64,000 bases of DNA from Minisyncoccota bacterium (GCA_041664245.1 JBAYLC010000001.1:22654-86653); one strand, 5' to 3'. Counted from the first letter of the stretch, positions 1 to 13,517 are shown. Made by a program: numbers and translations. The notes: generated by a model from the sequence alone, not told the origin.

Positions 1-206
1 TTTTTAACCATAAGGAAATTAGATACTCAAGAAATTATTCAAAATCCGATTTTTTCCTCCCTGCAGGTTTTTGTTAATCCCTCTAATGAAGCGAACATTA
101 GCCGTTCCAATCCCTTCCTTCCGTTATAGGCCGTTTCTCCCCGCCTCAAAAAGTGGAATTGTGATATCATTAATACAAAGGAACTGTCAAAAAACAGCTT
201 GTTTAA

Positions 207-1928
207 ATGAACGAAGACCAATTTTTAACGGGATTAGAAAATAGTGGATTAATCGACGAAGCCACCTCAAAGCGCCTGAAAAAAGAGGTTCTTCTTTCTG
301 GTCGGGCCATAGAGGAAATTATTCACGAGCGCCGAATTGTCGATGATGTAAAAGTCGCCGAGTTTAAGAGCGGTCTATCTAAAATTCCATTTCAAAAAAT
401 TGATTTTGATAATTACGATGACAGTCTTCTATCCTTAATTCCAGAAGAAACCGTCCGCACTTATAGCGTGGCGCCAATCACAAAAAAAGATAATTTATTT
501 ATCGTTGGGATGCTTCATCCCGAAGATCTAAAAGCTCAAGAAGTCTTGAAATTTATTGCCCGCCGCAATCGCTTAGATTTAGGAATTTACTTGATGTCCT
601 ACGGCGACTGGCAAGAAATTCTCCGGAAATATTCTCCCTATCGAAGTGAAATAAAATCCGCGGTCCAGTCTCTAAATATTAAAGGCGATTCAAATCGAAA
701 AATTGTCCGATTAGATGAAACAGCCGGCATTAACGAAGAAGCGCCGGTAATCAGAATTGTCGCTGATACCCTCAAAGAAGCCGTTCAAAGCCAAGCCTCT
801 GACGTTCATATTGAGCCGCAAGAGAATTATCTTCGTGTTCGTTTCCGAATTGATGGTGAGCTGCAAGAAGCCGCTTCTTTACCCTCAGAATTATCTTCTC
901 CGGTTATCTCGCGGGTAAAAGTTATTTCCAGCTTAAAGATTGACGAAAACAGAATTCCCCAAGACGGCCGTTTTCGAAGTAGGATATTCGATCGAAACAT
1001 CGATTTTCGTGTTTCCACTTTTCCGACTCCTTTGGGCGAAAAAGTTGCTATTCGTATTTTAGATCAAGCCATTGGCCTTAAAAACTTTGATCAACTTGGT
1101 CTAATGGGGCCGAACTTGGAAAAAGTTAAAGACGGCCTTAAGAAGCCATTTGGCATGGTTCTAATCTCTGGACCGACTGGTTCTGGAAAAAGCACCTCGC
1201 TTTATGCCCTGCTTCAAACTTTAAATAATGAAAAAATAAATATTGTTAGCCTGGAAGACCCAGTAGAGTATTTTGTTTCCGGTGTTAATCAGTCCCAGAT
1301 GCGTCCCGAAATCGGTTATGATTTTGCTTCTGGTCTGCGTCAGATTCTTCGCCAAGACCCCGATGTAATTATGGTTGGTGAAATTCGCGACAACGAAACA
1401 GCTGGCCTCGCGGTCCACGCCGCTCTCACCGGTCATATTGTTCTTTCCACTATTCACACCAATAACGCCATTGGTGTTATTCCCCGCCTAATCGATATGA
1501 AAGTCGAGCCATTCCTCCTTCCCTCTGCGCTCAATCTAATGGTTTCCCAGAGACTTGTTTCTGTTCTTTGCCCAAGTTGTAAATCAGCCGAAGAAGCTTC
1601 TCAGCCAATTCAAGAAATAATAAAAGATTCTCTTATTAATTTATCCGGGGAATTAATTTCTGATTATTCTCCTCCCTACAAAATTTATCACGCCCCCGGT
1701 TGCATCAAGTGTAAAAATAAAGGAGTAATTGGTCGCATCGCAATTTTTGAAGTTCTATCAATGTCTAAGCCGCTGGCCGAAATAATTAATACTGATTTCA
1801 ACTCCGAAAAAATCAAGAAAGAATCAATCGCGCAGGGGATGATTACCCTCCGTCAAGACGGGGTTCTAAAAGCGCTCGCCGGTATTGTTTCGATTGAAGA
1901 AGTAATCCGGGAGACGGGAGAAGCATAA
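207..1928 (+). CDS. pilB: Type IV pilus assembly ATPase (PilB/GspE family)
   Basis: Walker A GPTGSGKS, LRQDPDVIMVGEIRD, His box GHIVLSTIHTN, tetracysteine CPSC...CIKC. Confidence 0.95.
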   Translation: MNEDQFLTGLENSGLIDEATSKRLKKEVLLSGRAIEEIIHERRIVDDVKVAEFKSGLSKIPFQKIDFDNYDDSLLSLIPEETVRTYSVAPITKKDNLFIVGMLHPEDLKAQEVLKFIARRNRLDLGIYLMSYGDWQEILRKYSPYRSEIKSAVQSLNIKGDSNRKIVRLDETAGINEEAPVIRIVADTLKEAVQSQASDVHIEPQENYLRVRFRIDGELQEAASLPSELSSPVISRVKVISSLKIDENRIPQDGRFRSRIFDRNIDFRVSTFPTPLGEKVAIRILDQAIGLKNFDQLGLMGPNLEKVKDGLKKPFGMVLISGPTGSGKSTSLYALLQTLNNEKINIVSLEDPVEYFVSGVNQSQMRPEIGYDFASGLRQILRQDPDVIMVGEIRDNETAGLAVHAALTGHIVLSTIHTNNAIGVIPRLIDMKVEPFLLPSALNLMVSQRLVSVLCPSCKSAEEASQPIQEIIKDSLINLSGELISDYSPPYKIYHAPGCIKCKNKGVIGRIAIFEVLSMSKPLAEIINTDFNSEKIKKESIAQGMITLRQDGVLKALAGIVSIEEVIRETGEA

Positions 1929-1974
1929 TTTTCCTATTTAGAATCTTAATTCCGTGATAAAATAGTTAATATCA

Positions 1975-3048
1975 ATGGATAACTACACCGAAAAACTTAC
2001 AGAGCTTCTTATCGCCACCGCTAAACAAAGCGCGTCCGATCTTCATATTGCCGTCGGTCGCCGGCCAACCCTTCGTATTGACGGTGTTTTAGTCCCTCTT
2101 CAACAAGAGATAATTGTTACCCCTCAGGTAGCCGAGGGTCTGATTTCTGCTCTCCTTACTCCAGAACAAAAAGAGCGTTTCTTAAGGGAAAAACAATTAG
2201 ACTTTGCTTATAGCTTAGAAGACAAAGCTCGTTTTCGGGTCAATGTTTATTTTCAGCGCGGCTATATGGCCGCCGCTCTCCGTTTAATTCCAACAAGAAT
2301 TCGTTCCATTGAAGAACTTCGTCTTCCGCCAATTCTCCACGATTTTGCCAAGCTTTCTCAAGGGTTTATTCTCCTTGTCGGTCCTGCCGGCCACGGCAAA
2401 TCCACCACCCTTGCTGCCATCCTCGACGAAATCAATCACAGCCGGACCGAACACATTATTACGGTTGAAGATCCGATTGAATATCTTTTTACTCAAGATC
2501 GTTCGATTATTTCTCAACGGGAAGTTGAGAACGACACCGAAGATTTCCATTCTGGCCTTCGAACGATTCTTCGCCAAGATCCAGACGTAATCATGGTTGG
2601 TGAAATGCGCGATGCGAGTTCTATTTCCACCGCCATGACCGCCGCTGAAACCGGTCACCTAGTTTTTTCGACGCTCCACACTAATTCCGCTTCTCAAACC
2701 ATTGACCGGGTTATTGACTCTTTCCCTCCTGAACAACAAGGGCAGATTATTTCTCAAATTGCCGCCACACTCGTGGCCATCGTTTCTCTTCGTCTCATCC
2801 CGCGTTTAGGCGGTGGTCGGGTGCCAGCAGCCGAAATTATGATTATGAATCCCGCTATTCGTAATTTAATCCGCGAGCGTAAAGTTTATCAAACTGATCT
2901 CGTAGTTGAAACTTCTCTCCAAGAAGGCATGGTTAGTCTTAATCGTTCCTTGGCTAAACTAGTGAAAGAGAAGCAAGTTTCCATTGAAACCGCTGAACTT
3001 TATTCATTAAATCCGGCCGAGCTAAGAATTCTTTTGGAAAAAATATAA
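1975..3048 (+). CDS. pilT: Type IV pilus retraction ATPase PilT
   Basis: ASDLH, GPAGHGKSTT, LRQDPDVIMVGEMRD, AAETGHLV, PilT-typical AIRNLIRE. Confidence 0.95.
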   Translation: MDNYTEKLTELLIATAKQSASDLHIAVGRRPTLRIDGVLVPLQQEIIVTPQVAEGLISALLTPEQKERFLREKQLDFAYSLEDKARFRVNVYFQRGYMAAALRLIPTRIRSIEELRLPPILHDFAKLSQGFILLVGPAGHGKSTTLAAILDEINHSRTEHIITVEDPIEYLFTQDRSIISQREVENDTEDFHSGLRTILRQDPDVIMVGEMRDASSISTAMTAAETGHLVFSTLHTNSASQTIDRVIDSFPPEQQGQIISQIAATLVAIVSLRLIPRLGGGRVPAAEIMIMNPAIRNLIRERKVYQTDLVVETSLQEGMVSLNRSLAKLVKEKQVSIETAELYSLNPAELRILLEKI

Positions 3049-3104
3049 CACACGGGTCCTCATTTTTGTTTTAGAGATTTTTTTCTATAAGTTCACAGAA
3101 GAAG

Positions 3105-4319
3105 ATGAAGTTTAAATACCAAGCAAAAAATAGAACAGGGGAGTTGCAGGTCGGTTTTGTGGAGGCGGGGTCTAAAGACGCCGCTGTAAATATTTTAGTC
3201 AGTCACGACCTATTCATCCTTTCTATGGAATCAGCGGAAAAAGCCAATTGGTTTTCTAATTTAAGCGGTTATTTCGGGCGGGTGAAAAGAAAGGATATGG
3301 TTATTTTTACCCGCCAGCTGGCCACCCTTCTCGAAGCAAGATTGCCATTAAATATGGCTCTCCAAACCCTTTATGAACAAACCAGCCAACCTACCCTCAA
3401 GGAAGCTGTTTTTCAAATTACCGGAGATATTGATGCCGGTCTGTCTTTCTCTCAATCCTTGGAGCGTCAAGGCGCTATATTTTCTGAATTTTTTGTGAAC
3501 ATGGTCCGCACCGCCGAGGTTGCCGGCAACCTGGATGAAACTGTCGGTTTTTTAGCCGACTACATCGAAAAGGAAGATATTTTAATTTCTAAAGCCCGCT
3601 CCGCGCTTATTTATCCCGGAATCGTAATCGGTCTCTTTGTGGTGGTTGTCATAATTATGCTTACCACTGTTTTTCCTCAACTAAGTCCCATCTTTAAAGA
3701 AAGTGGTGTTAAATTACCTCTTTTTACTAGAATTCTTATCGGCTCGGGAGAACTTTTTCAAAACTGGTGGTGGGCTCTTAGCATCATTTTTATGATTGGC
3801 ACTATAGTCCTATTGGACTACGCAAAAAGTCCGGAGGGAAAAGCTATTATTGATGAATTGAAAATTCGCCTTCCCATTATAAAAAAAGTTTTTCTTCCCA
3901 TTACTATGACCCGTTTTGCGAACGCTACCAGTATTTTGCTTAAAGGCGGCGTCCCTCTCGCTCAGTCGCTTGAAATTGTCAGCCGCACCGTCGAGAGCTC
4001 TGTTTATTCCGATCTTTTTCGTGATGTTGCTGAACGTGTCCGGCAAGGAGAAACCCTTTCCCAGGCCTTAGGAAATTATCCCACCCACATTCCGCTTCTA
4101 GTTACCCAAATGATTGCGGTCGGGGAATCCACTGGCCAGCTTGAAAAAATGTTTGGCCGGTTGTCTAGTTTCTATAACCGCGAAGCCGATAATGTTGTCA
4201 ATAACATTGTTGATCTAATCCAACCCATTCTCATGGTTGGTGTTGGTCTTTTAGTAGGCCTTCTTTTCGCTTCGATTTTGATTCCTCTATACGATTTAAC
4301 TACTAGCTTTGCCGGTTAA
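3105..4319 (+). CDS. pilC: Type IV pilus platform protein (PilC/GspF)
   Basis: FTRQLATLL, ALIYP, VGESTGQLE, TM segments; follows pilB-pilT. Confidence 0.93.
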   Translation: MKFKYQAKNRTGELQVGFVEAGSKDAAVNILVSHDLFILSMESAEKANWFSNLSGYFGRVKRKDMVIFTRQLATLLEARLPLNMALQTLYEQTSQPTLKEAVFQITGDIDAGLSFSQSLERQGAIFSEFFVNMVRTAEVAGNLDETVGFLADYIEKEDILISKARSALIYPGIVIGLFVVVVIIMLTTVFPQLSPIFKESGVKLPLFTRILIGSGELFQNWWWALSIIFMIGTIVLLDYAKSPEGKAIIDELKIRLPIIKKVFLPITMTRFANATSILLKGGVPLAQSLEIVSRTVESSVYSDLFRDVAERVRQGETLSQALGNYPTHIPLLVTQMIAVGESTGQLEKMFGRLSSFYNREADNVVNNIVDLIQPILMVGVGLLVGLLFASILIPLYDLTTSFAG

Positions 4320-4334
4320 CTTTTTAGCTTGATT

Positions 4335-4343
4335 TGGTATAAT
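4335..4343 (+). promoter_or_regulatory. Extended -10 promoter (TGnTATAAT) for the pilin gene
   Basis: TGGTATAAT about 60 nt upstream of the ATG at 4402. Confidence 0.6.
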
Positions 4344-4401
4344 AAAATAAACGTTTAAAAGGTCGGAGAAGATTATTAACTTTAAATTAATTAAATAACA
4401 A

Positions 4402-4872
4402 ATGAATAAAATTAAATCTAAACAAGGGTTTACTCTAATCGAAATTCTAATCGTTATCGCTATTATCGGCATCTTGGCCTCAGTCGCCATTATTGGTTTG
4501 GGCGGTAGTCGGGTCAAAGCCAGGGACTCAAAGAAAATCTCCGAGCTAGCGCAAATCCGCAACGGTTTGGAATTATATTTCACTACTTGTGGGCATTATC
4601 CTGGCGGTGGCGCTGGTTGTACAGTAACGGCTAGTTTGCCAGCTACCTATAACGATCTGAGAGCTAATATGGTTGCCGTATTGCCGAGTTTATCTAATAT
4701 GCCAGCCGATAACGTCAACATGGATTATGGAACCAACGCGGATAACACACAATATGTCCTCGGCGTTAAATTAGAGGAAGCAAATAGTATAATAGCCAGC
4801 AGTCCAGCTCCTGCCGCTACACTTGGCGTTGACTGCAATGCCGCTACATTCAATTATTGTATTGGCTCCTAA
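4402..4872 (+). CDS. Type IV pilin, probable major pilin
   Basis: Class III signal KQG|FTLIE, hydrophobic helix, KARD motif, Cys pairs, own promoter. Confidence 0.9.
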   Translation: MNKIKSKQGFTLIEILIVIAIIGILASVAIIGLGGSRVKARDSKKISELAQIRNGLELYFTTCGHYPGGGAGCTVTASLPATYNDLRANMVAVLPSLSNMPADNVNMDYGTNADNTQYVLGVKLEEANSIIASSPAPAATLGVDCNAATFNYCIGS

Positions 4873-4893
4873 ATACCTCCGAATTCATACCTT

Positions 4894-5790
4894 ATGATTT
4901 CTCTGTGGTTGTTTATTCTAGGATTGGCCTTCGGGAGTTTTATCAACGTAATCTCCCTAAGATATAATCCTGAAAAATTTATTCTGAATAAAAGCGTTTT
5001 GGGCGGGCGTTCTGCTTGTCCGAAATGCGGGAATAAGCTCAACTGGTTTGAGCTTATTCCTTTATTTAGCTTTTTATTTCTCCGCGCCCGCTGCCGTAAA
5101 TGTCATGAAAAAATCAGTTGGCAGTATCCGCTTGTTGAATTAATCTCCGGTCTTATTTTTGTTTTCGTCCCCGCTTTTATTTTTTCCTCAAAATTCAAAA
5201 TTGTATTTTCAAACTCCGGTTTCAAAGATATTGCCGGTGATCCCATTTATCTTTACTTGCTAGCTATTTTATTTATAGTGGCTTTCTCCGCTCTTCTTCT
5301 TCTTTCCTTAATTGATATTCGCCTCAAAATCATTCCCGATGAAATTAATATTTTCTTAGTTATCTTAGGGATAGTTTTAATTATTTTAGCAAGAACTGAT
5401 TTTAGCCTCGTCGGCGGTTCTTTTCTGGGTTCCTATAGCGCCCTTTTAGGTTTTAAAACTAATATCTGGTTAAACCACGGGATTGCCCTGCTTTTCGGCG
5501 GGCTTTTTTTCGGCGCCATAATTTTTGCGACTTTTGGCCGGGGAATGGGCCTTGGCGATCTAAAACTCGCCATCGCTTTGGGCGCAATTTTCGGCTGGCC
5601 CGATATTCTTATTATCACCGCCGTTTCTTTTATTATCGGTTCGCTTATTAGCTTGCCGCTTATGATTTCCAAAAGAAAGAAACTAAAAAGCTTTCTTCCC
5701 TTTGGCCCGTTTTTAGCCATTGCTTCGATCCTTATTTTTCTCTTTGGACATGATATTATCGGATTTTATTTTCAGCTTTTCGCCCTCTAA
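4894..5790 (+). CDS. pilD: Prepilin peptidase
   Basis: GSFINV, RSACPKC...CRKC, GMGLGDLKL, LPFGPFLA. Confidence 0.95.
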   Translation: MISLWLFILGLAFGSFINVISLRYNPEKFILNKSVLGGRSACPKCGNKLNWFELIPLFSFLFLRARCRKCHEKISWQYPLVELISGLIFVFVPAFIFSSKFKIVFSNSGFKDIAGDPIYLYLLAILFIVAFSALLLLSLIDIRLKIIPDEINIFLVILGIVLIILARTDFSLVGGSFLGSYSALLGFKTNIWLNHGIALLFGGLFFGAIIFATFGRGMGLGDLKLAIALGAIFGWPDILIITAVSFIIGSLISLPLMISKRKKLKSFLPFGPFLAIASILIFLFGHDIIGFYFQLFAL

Positions 5791-5888
5791 GTTTGTAATA
5801 AAATTTTAGTGTACCGTAGGGTATTTTCGTTCTATTTCCTATGGGTGTGGTAAAATGGTTATGAACCATCTAAGCTCATTCTCAAATC

Positions 5889-6530
5889 ATGGTATCCAGA
5901 TTCCATCGAAAAACTGAAACCTACTTATCCACCGAAGCCTCGGCGAAAGAGGATCACCTTAAATCTTATTTAAAAGGGTTTACTTTTGTCGAAATAATGG
6001 TTGTTCTTGGAATTACTCTGCTTCTTGCCGGAATCGCCATATCCTACAGCCAAGAAAGCCGCCAACTCATTTTATTAAACAGTGAGAAAGTAAAAATTGC
6101 TGAAAGTATTTCTAAGACTAAGGCCCTGGCTATAACCGGCTACACCAAACCGGCGTCTCTGCCTCCACCCTGCGCTTACGGTTTTGAGGTGAACTACACG
6201 AATCAAACTTTTTCGATTTTTTTCATCAATAAAACCGCCACCTTCTCTTGTTTAGACGTATTGAGTCTATTAACCATAAACGCATCTGTTCCCATAACTT
6301 ACGTTGATGGTTATCCTCAAAAAATAGACAAAAATATAAAAATTTCCCCTCATCCAACAGATGGGTTGCTCTACGCAATATTTATTCCCCCTAATCTTGA
6401 TGTTGCGCTGTTCGATTCAGCCAACAGTAGAAATTCATTTTCATCTCTAGGAATCGATCTCGAAGCCAAATCCTCGCCCTCAATTAAGGGAACAGTCACG
6501 GTAAGTCAAAATGGTTACTTGAGTTTTTAA
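5889..6530 (+). CDS. Minor pilin (FimT/GspH-like)
   Basis: KG|FTFVE followed by a hydrophobic helix; leader contains a palindromic insert. Confidence 0.8.
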   Translation: MVSRFHRKTETYLSTEASAKEDHLKSYLKGFTFVEIMVVLGITLLLAGIAISYSQESRQLILLNSEKVKIAESISKTKALAITGYTKPASLPPPCAYGFEVNYTNQTFSIFFINKTATFSCLDVLSLLTINASVPITYVDGYPQKIDKNIKISPHPTDGLLYAIFIPPNLDVALFDSANSRNSFSSLGIDLEAKSSPSIKGTVTVSQNGYLSF

Positions 6531-6570
6531 TTAACTTGAGCTGATTTTTTTAATTTTTTCTACTGATAAA

Positions 6571-7164
6571 ATGAAATTAATAAAATACAAAAAGAAAAAT
6601 AGTGGCCAGGCTATAATCGAAGCTCTCGTCGCTCTCGGCATCCTCTCGGTCGCTTTTTTTGCCGTTCTATCTCTCTTGGATAATTCTATCAGCCTAGGCA
6701 ATGTTGTCTCTGACCAAAATATCGCCACCTATTTAGCCGGTGAGGGGATAGAGATTGTAAAAAATCTCGTTGACACCAATATTTCAAGACGCAACAGCAC
6801 CTCTTCTCCTGCTTCTTTCGACGAAGACTTTTCAATCGGCGCTTATGAAGTGAGTTATTTTGATCCGCTTGATGCTGACGATCCAATAGGTTCAAATACT
6901 CAAGATGGTAAAAATCCTGGGAAAAGAATTGGTGACGTCGGCGTTCGAAGTACCAATCCTCTGGACTTTGACGAAGTCAGTGGTGGTTATTATCAAACTT
7001 ATCCAGCTCCAGTCAATCCCTCCCATTTCTACCGGACCATTGTCATCACTCGTTCTCCTGGTAAATGGATTAAAGCGGAGTCCATCGTTCAATGGATCGG
7101 CAAGGGCGGTGTAACTAAAGAAATAAAATTAGAAGATTATTTCTATAATTGGCGGATTTACTAA
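6571..7164 (+). CDS. Minor pilin (PilV-like)
   Basis: SG|QAIIE, hydrophobic helix, ATYLAGEGIEIVKN. Confidence 0.8.
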   Translation: MKLIKYKKKNSGQAIIEALVALGILSVAFFAVLSLLDNSISLGNVVSDQNIATYLAGEGIEIVKNLVDTNISRRNSTSSPASFDEDFSIGAYEVSYFDPLDADDPIGSNTQDGKNPGKRIGDVGVRSTNPLDFDEVSGGYYQTYPAPVNPSHFYRTIVITRSPGKWIKAESIVQWIGKGGVTKEIKLEDYFYNWRIY

Positions 7165-7172
7165 TTTTTTCC

Positions 7173-7682
7173 ATGAATAAGAATTTTCTAATCAAAAAAA
7201 ATGGTTCCACCTTAGTCGAGCTTTTAGTAAGTATCGCTCTTTTTCTAGTTGTCATCACCATCGTTGTTGGCGGTTTTACTAGAGGGCTCAAAACTAATCG
7301 CCAGCTTCTAGCGACTATTGCCGTAAATAGCAATATCAGTTTCATGATAGAAAAAATGAGCCGGGAAATGCGAACGGGCAGTGGCTTTCAAGTCCTTAAT
7401 CCCGGTGAAATTTCTTTTGCTAATTCCCAAGGCGAAGAAATTACTTATAAATTAATGGGAAAATCAATTTATCGCAAAGTTGATCTTAATCCCGCCCAGC
7501 AAGTTACCGATGACAGCGTGTCCGTTGAATTATTCACATTTGATATTATTGATTTTTTTAACTTGTCACCTTACTCACCTCGTATTCGATTGTTTCTAGG
7601 AATCCGTCCGACCGGCGCCAGTAGTGGTGTAAAAACAATCTTTATCCAAACCACCGTGAGTAGTCGCAACTTTCTTCCTTAA
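7173..7682 (+). CDS. Minor pilin (PilW/GspJ-like)
   Basis: NG|STLVE, MSREMRTG, C-terminal QTTVSSRN; start placed at the ATG at 7173. Confidence 0.8.
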   Translation: MNKNFLIKKNGSTLVELLVSIALFLVVITIVVGGFTRGLKTNRQLLATIAVNSNISFMIEKMSREMRTGSGFQVLNPGEISFANSQGEEITYKLMGKSIYRKVDLNPAQQVTDDSVSVELFTFDIIDFFNLSPYSPRIRLFLGIRPTGASSGVKTIFIQTTVSSRNFLP

Positions 7683-7701
7683 TCTACTAAACTAAATCAA
7701 A

Positions 7702-10742
<3,041 letters not shown>

Positions 10743-10756
10743 AGCTAAAGTCTCAT

Positions 10757-10790
10757 AAAAAATCACCCCGCTAAGCGGAGTGATTTTTTT
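10757..10790. terminator. Bidirectional intrinsic terminator
   Basis: AAAAATCACCCCGC-TAA-GCGGAGTGATTTTTT between convergent genes. Confidence 0.8.
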
Positions 10791-10820
10791 ATTGTTCATC
10801 TATCATCTATCACTTTGCTG

Positions 10821-13517
10821 CTATCCCGGTGGCACCTCGATAATTGTTGTTCCGCATTTTTGGGTGTTGCAAGCCACCGTGCTTGAAACCGAAGAGGAAC
10901 AATCAGCGCCGATATGAATCAGATTTTTCTTTCCTCCGCCGCAAGATCGGCTGCAAGCCGTCCAGTAATCAGCTGGAAAACAGGTTGCGTTATCCAATAT
11001 GCGAATTTCATGGACGCCCCAACCCGACACTAAAGTTGTAGTCGCAGAAACTTGAGAAACTGCTTGTACATAAAGTGTGAATGGCGACGAGCTGGTTGTA
11101 GCCCAGGTTCGATTTGTAGATGCTTCTTGTGTTGAGGAGACCTTCCGGAAATCATTTACAGTTGTTTTTTGATCCCAATAAAAATTATAGGTGATATCAC
11201 TTGTAATCGTTGAGCTAGATAAGGTCGTGAAAGTATAAGCTTGGCCGGGTTTTCCCACTGTCGGCCCCTGTATTTCCGGCGGCAAAATATAATCAGTAGT
11301 TGTTGCGCTACCGCCAATAGCCTTGAAGCTAAGGTTAAAGCTTCTTGCCGGCACATTTATCAAGAAGGGAGTAGCGCTCACACCAGGCGCCAATGCCCCC
11401 CCTATTGTTTGAGGATATTTTCGGCAAACACTATCTACGAAATATTCCAGATATTGCTTAGCCGTGGTCGCGCCAAAACTCACCGTTGCTTTTACACTCC
11501 CCCCACCGCTATTTTTACTAACAAAACAAGTTTTAATATATCCATTCGCCGAATCAGAACACTTAGTAAGCGCGGTATTTGGGTTGTTTGTTATGGCTAT
11601 CGTAACGGGCGGGGGATTAGCTGATAATGGTGTAAAAAACTTGAAAATCTTTCCGCCAGCACCTCTGCTGATAATATAGTCCTGCGCTTCGCAGGTTCCT
11701 TTCTGTGGAGCTCCGGGCAACCAATATCCATAAGGGCTGTCATAAAAACCTCCTGATCCAAACCAATAAGCGGTTTGAGAGCCGCTTGGCAAAAAATCGC
11801 TTGGGTTAGCGGAAAAAACCACCCAAGATCCAGTATTCACGGTGCTGCTTTGTATATCATTTCCAGCTTTATCGATTACCTTAGCGGTATAAGTAAATTG
11901 GTAAAAAGGCTGGTCTAATTTGAAGGATACTAAGCCATGCATAATTGGATTTAGAGAACCGCCGAATTCAACGCTGCCGGCCGGCTTAAATGTATAGGTG
12001 TAACTCTGAGCGGCATCTGCTTTACTGCTGCCAGATAGAATTAAGGAAACGGAAAAAATAAGGAAAAACAAAATCTTCATTCCCGTCGCAGTGGTGTTCG
12101 TCATCCCACCAGAAGAGTCATTCTGGGGCTCTCCCATATTCACGTAATCATTCCTTTTTCTTTTTCTAATCAATATAAATATCACAATAATAATTGCTGC
12201 TCCGATTCCAATCAAACCATAAATCCAATAACTTGAATCTCCAAAAATTGGTTTTGTTGAAGATGAATCAGAAGAACTGGAAACTGGCTCAGTTCCTTTA
12301 TTTGAGCACTTCGCCGGATCTATCTCTTGGCAGTTATATTTCATTTCAACTTCATCCACTAATAAATTTTGAGCGTCGAAAAGCGAGGCTTTTATTGTGG
12401 CAACATCAAGATCGTTTTGAGCGGTAAAATCAGTTTTAAAACCCATCATCCCATCGGTAATATCTCCGCTATATGTCGAATTTTTTATTATCGCTCCTTT
12501 CTCATCAAGTAATTTTATTTCTAATCTTCCACTTACCACTCCGGCAGTTCCAACATCATGAATGCAAGAAAAAATAGTAGCTGTTTCCCCTTTTTTAAGT
12601 GGAAACTTGGTTAAGGCTGGAAAATTTATTCGCGGTCGGTCAATTCCTTCCCTTGCAAAACGGACATTAATAATCGAAGAAAAATCATTCCATTTTGATT
12701 TCGCTACCAAAAAATATGCTGGGTATTTATTGTCCGTCAGTTCATAGGTTACCGTTTTTGTTTCGCCTGGCGCTAAATCTACCGTTTCCTGTTTTGTCTC
12801 CACTCTTTGAGAACTCAAAAGTCCATCCCAGAAGTAAACATCAAAAGAAATTTCCGCCTTCTGGTTTTGTTTTGTTGGGTTTTTAAGTGGCGCGCTTATT
12901 TTTATTTTTTCATCTTTTCCTAGTCGGGGTATCGGCGCCGCAAACAGATAATCTTTATCGTTTATTTTTACTCCATTTTTATCCCACGCCACTGAATTTT
13001 TGAAATCACTAGCAATACTAAACCCAACCTGATTGCCCTTTATATCGTCTGTAAAAGTCAGGCCCATTAAATTAAACTTTTTAGCTGATTGGAAATAAGC
13101 TACCGCCAAATAATCTCCTTCTGGTGCCCAAGCCGGAATTTTCCAACTAAAATCAAAACTCGTCGCTTGCCGTGTGTCTAAGGTCATTCCTTCCTTTACA
13201 AAAAATTGATCAATCAAAAAGTCGCCGTTTTTTTGGGCTAATTTCAAATCCTTTTGTTTTTGAAAAATTTTTATATAAACCGATCCGTCAACAATAGGAT
13301 AGGTATTTTCATTGGCTACCCCTATCGAAAAATCCATATCAGTTCCCGAGAGCGACTTTGTAATTTTGGGGCTGATATTTATCTGAACACTTCCAAATTT
13401 ATAAAAATCAAAACAATCAACCGACGTTAACGACTCTGGTTGTTGAGCTTTGGTTCCAATTGGAATAATCACCATGCTCACTACAGTCAACAAAACCAAA
13501 AATATTTTTTTAGACAT
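10821..13517 (-). CDS. Large membrane-anchored surface protein (Ig-like domains, PKD-like region, C-terminal TSP1-like repeat)
   Basis: N-terminal signal peptide, central TM followed by RKRKR, second hydrophobic segment, WTACSRSCGGG...CNTQKC. Confidence 0.75.
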   Translation of the reverse strand: MSKKIFLVLLTVVSMVIIPIGTKAQQPESLTSVDCFDFYKFGSVQINISPKITKSLSGTDMDFSIGVANENTYPIVDGSVYIKIFQKQKDLKLAQKNGDFLIDQFFVKEGMTLDTRQATSFDFSWKIPAWAPEGDYLAVAYFQSAKKFNLMGLTFTDDIKGNQVGFSIASDFKNSVAWDKNGVKINDKDYLFAAPIPRLGKDEKIKISAPLKNPTKQNQKAEISFDVYFWDGLLSSQRVETKQETVDLAPGETKTVTYELTDNKYPAYFLVAKSKWNDFSSIINVRFAREGIDRPRINFPALTKFPLKKGETATIFSCIHDVGTAGVVSGRLEIKLLDEKGAIIKNSTYSGDITDGMMGFKTDFTAQNDLDVATIKASLFDAQNLLVDEVEMKYNCQEIDPAKCSNKGTEPVSSSSDSSSTKPIFGDSSYWIYGLIGIGAAIIIVIFILIRKRKRNDYVNMGEPQNDSSGGMTNTTATGMKILFFLIFSVSLILSGSSKADAAQSYTYTFKPAGSVEFGGSLNPIMHGLVSFKLDQPFYQFTYTAKVIDKAGNDIQSSTVNTGSWVVFSANPSDFLPSGSQTAYWFGSGGFYDSPYGYWLPGAPQKGTCEAQDYIISRGAGGKIFKFFTPLSANPPPVTIAITNNPNTALTKCSDSANGYIKTCFVSKNSGGGSVKATVSFGATTAKQYLEYFVDSVCRKYPQTIGGALAPGVSATPFLINVPARSFNLSFKAIGGSATTTDYILPPEIQGPTVGKPGQAYTFTTLSSSTITSDITYNFYWDQKTTVNDFRKVSSTQEASTNRTWATTSSSPFTLYVQAVSQVSATTTLVSGWGVHEIRILDNATCFPADYWTACSRSCGGGKKNLIHIGADCSSSVSSTVACNTQKCGTTIIEVPPG

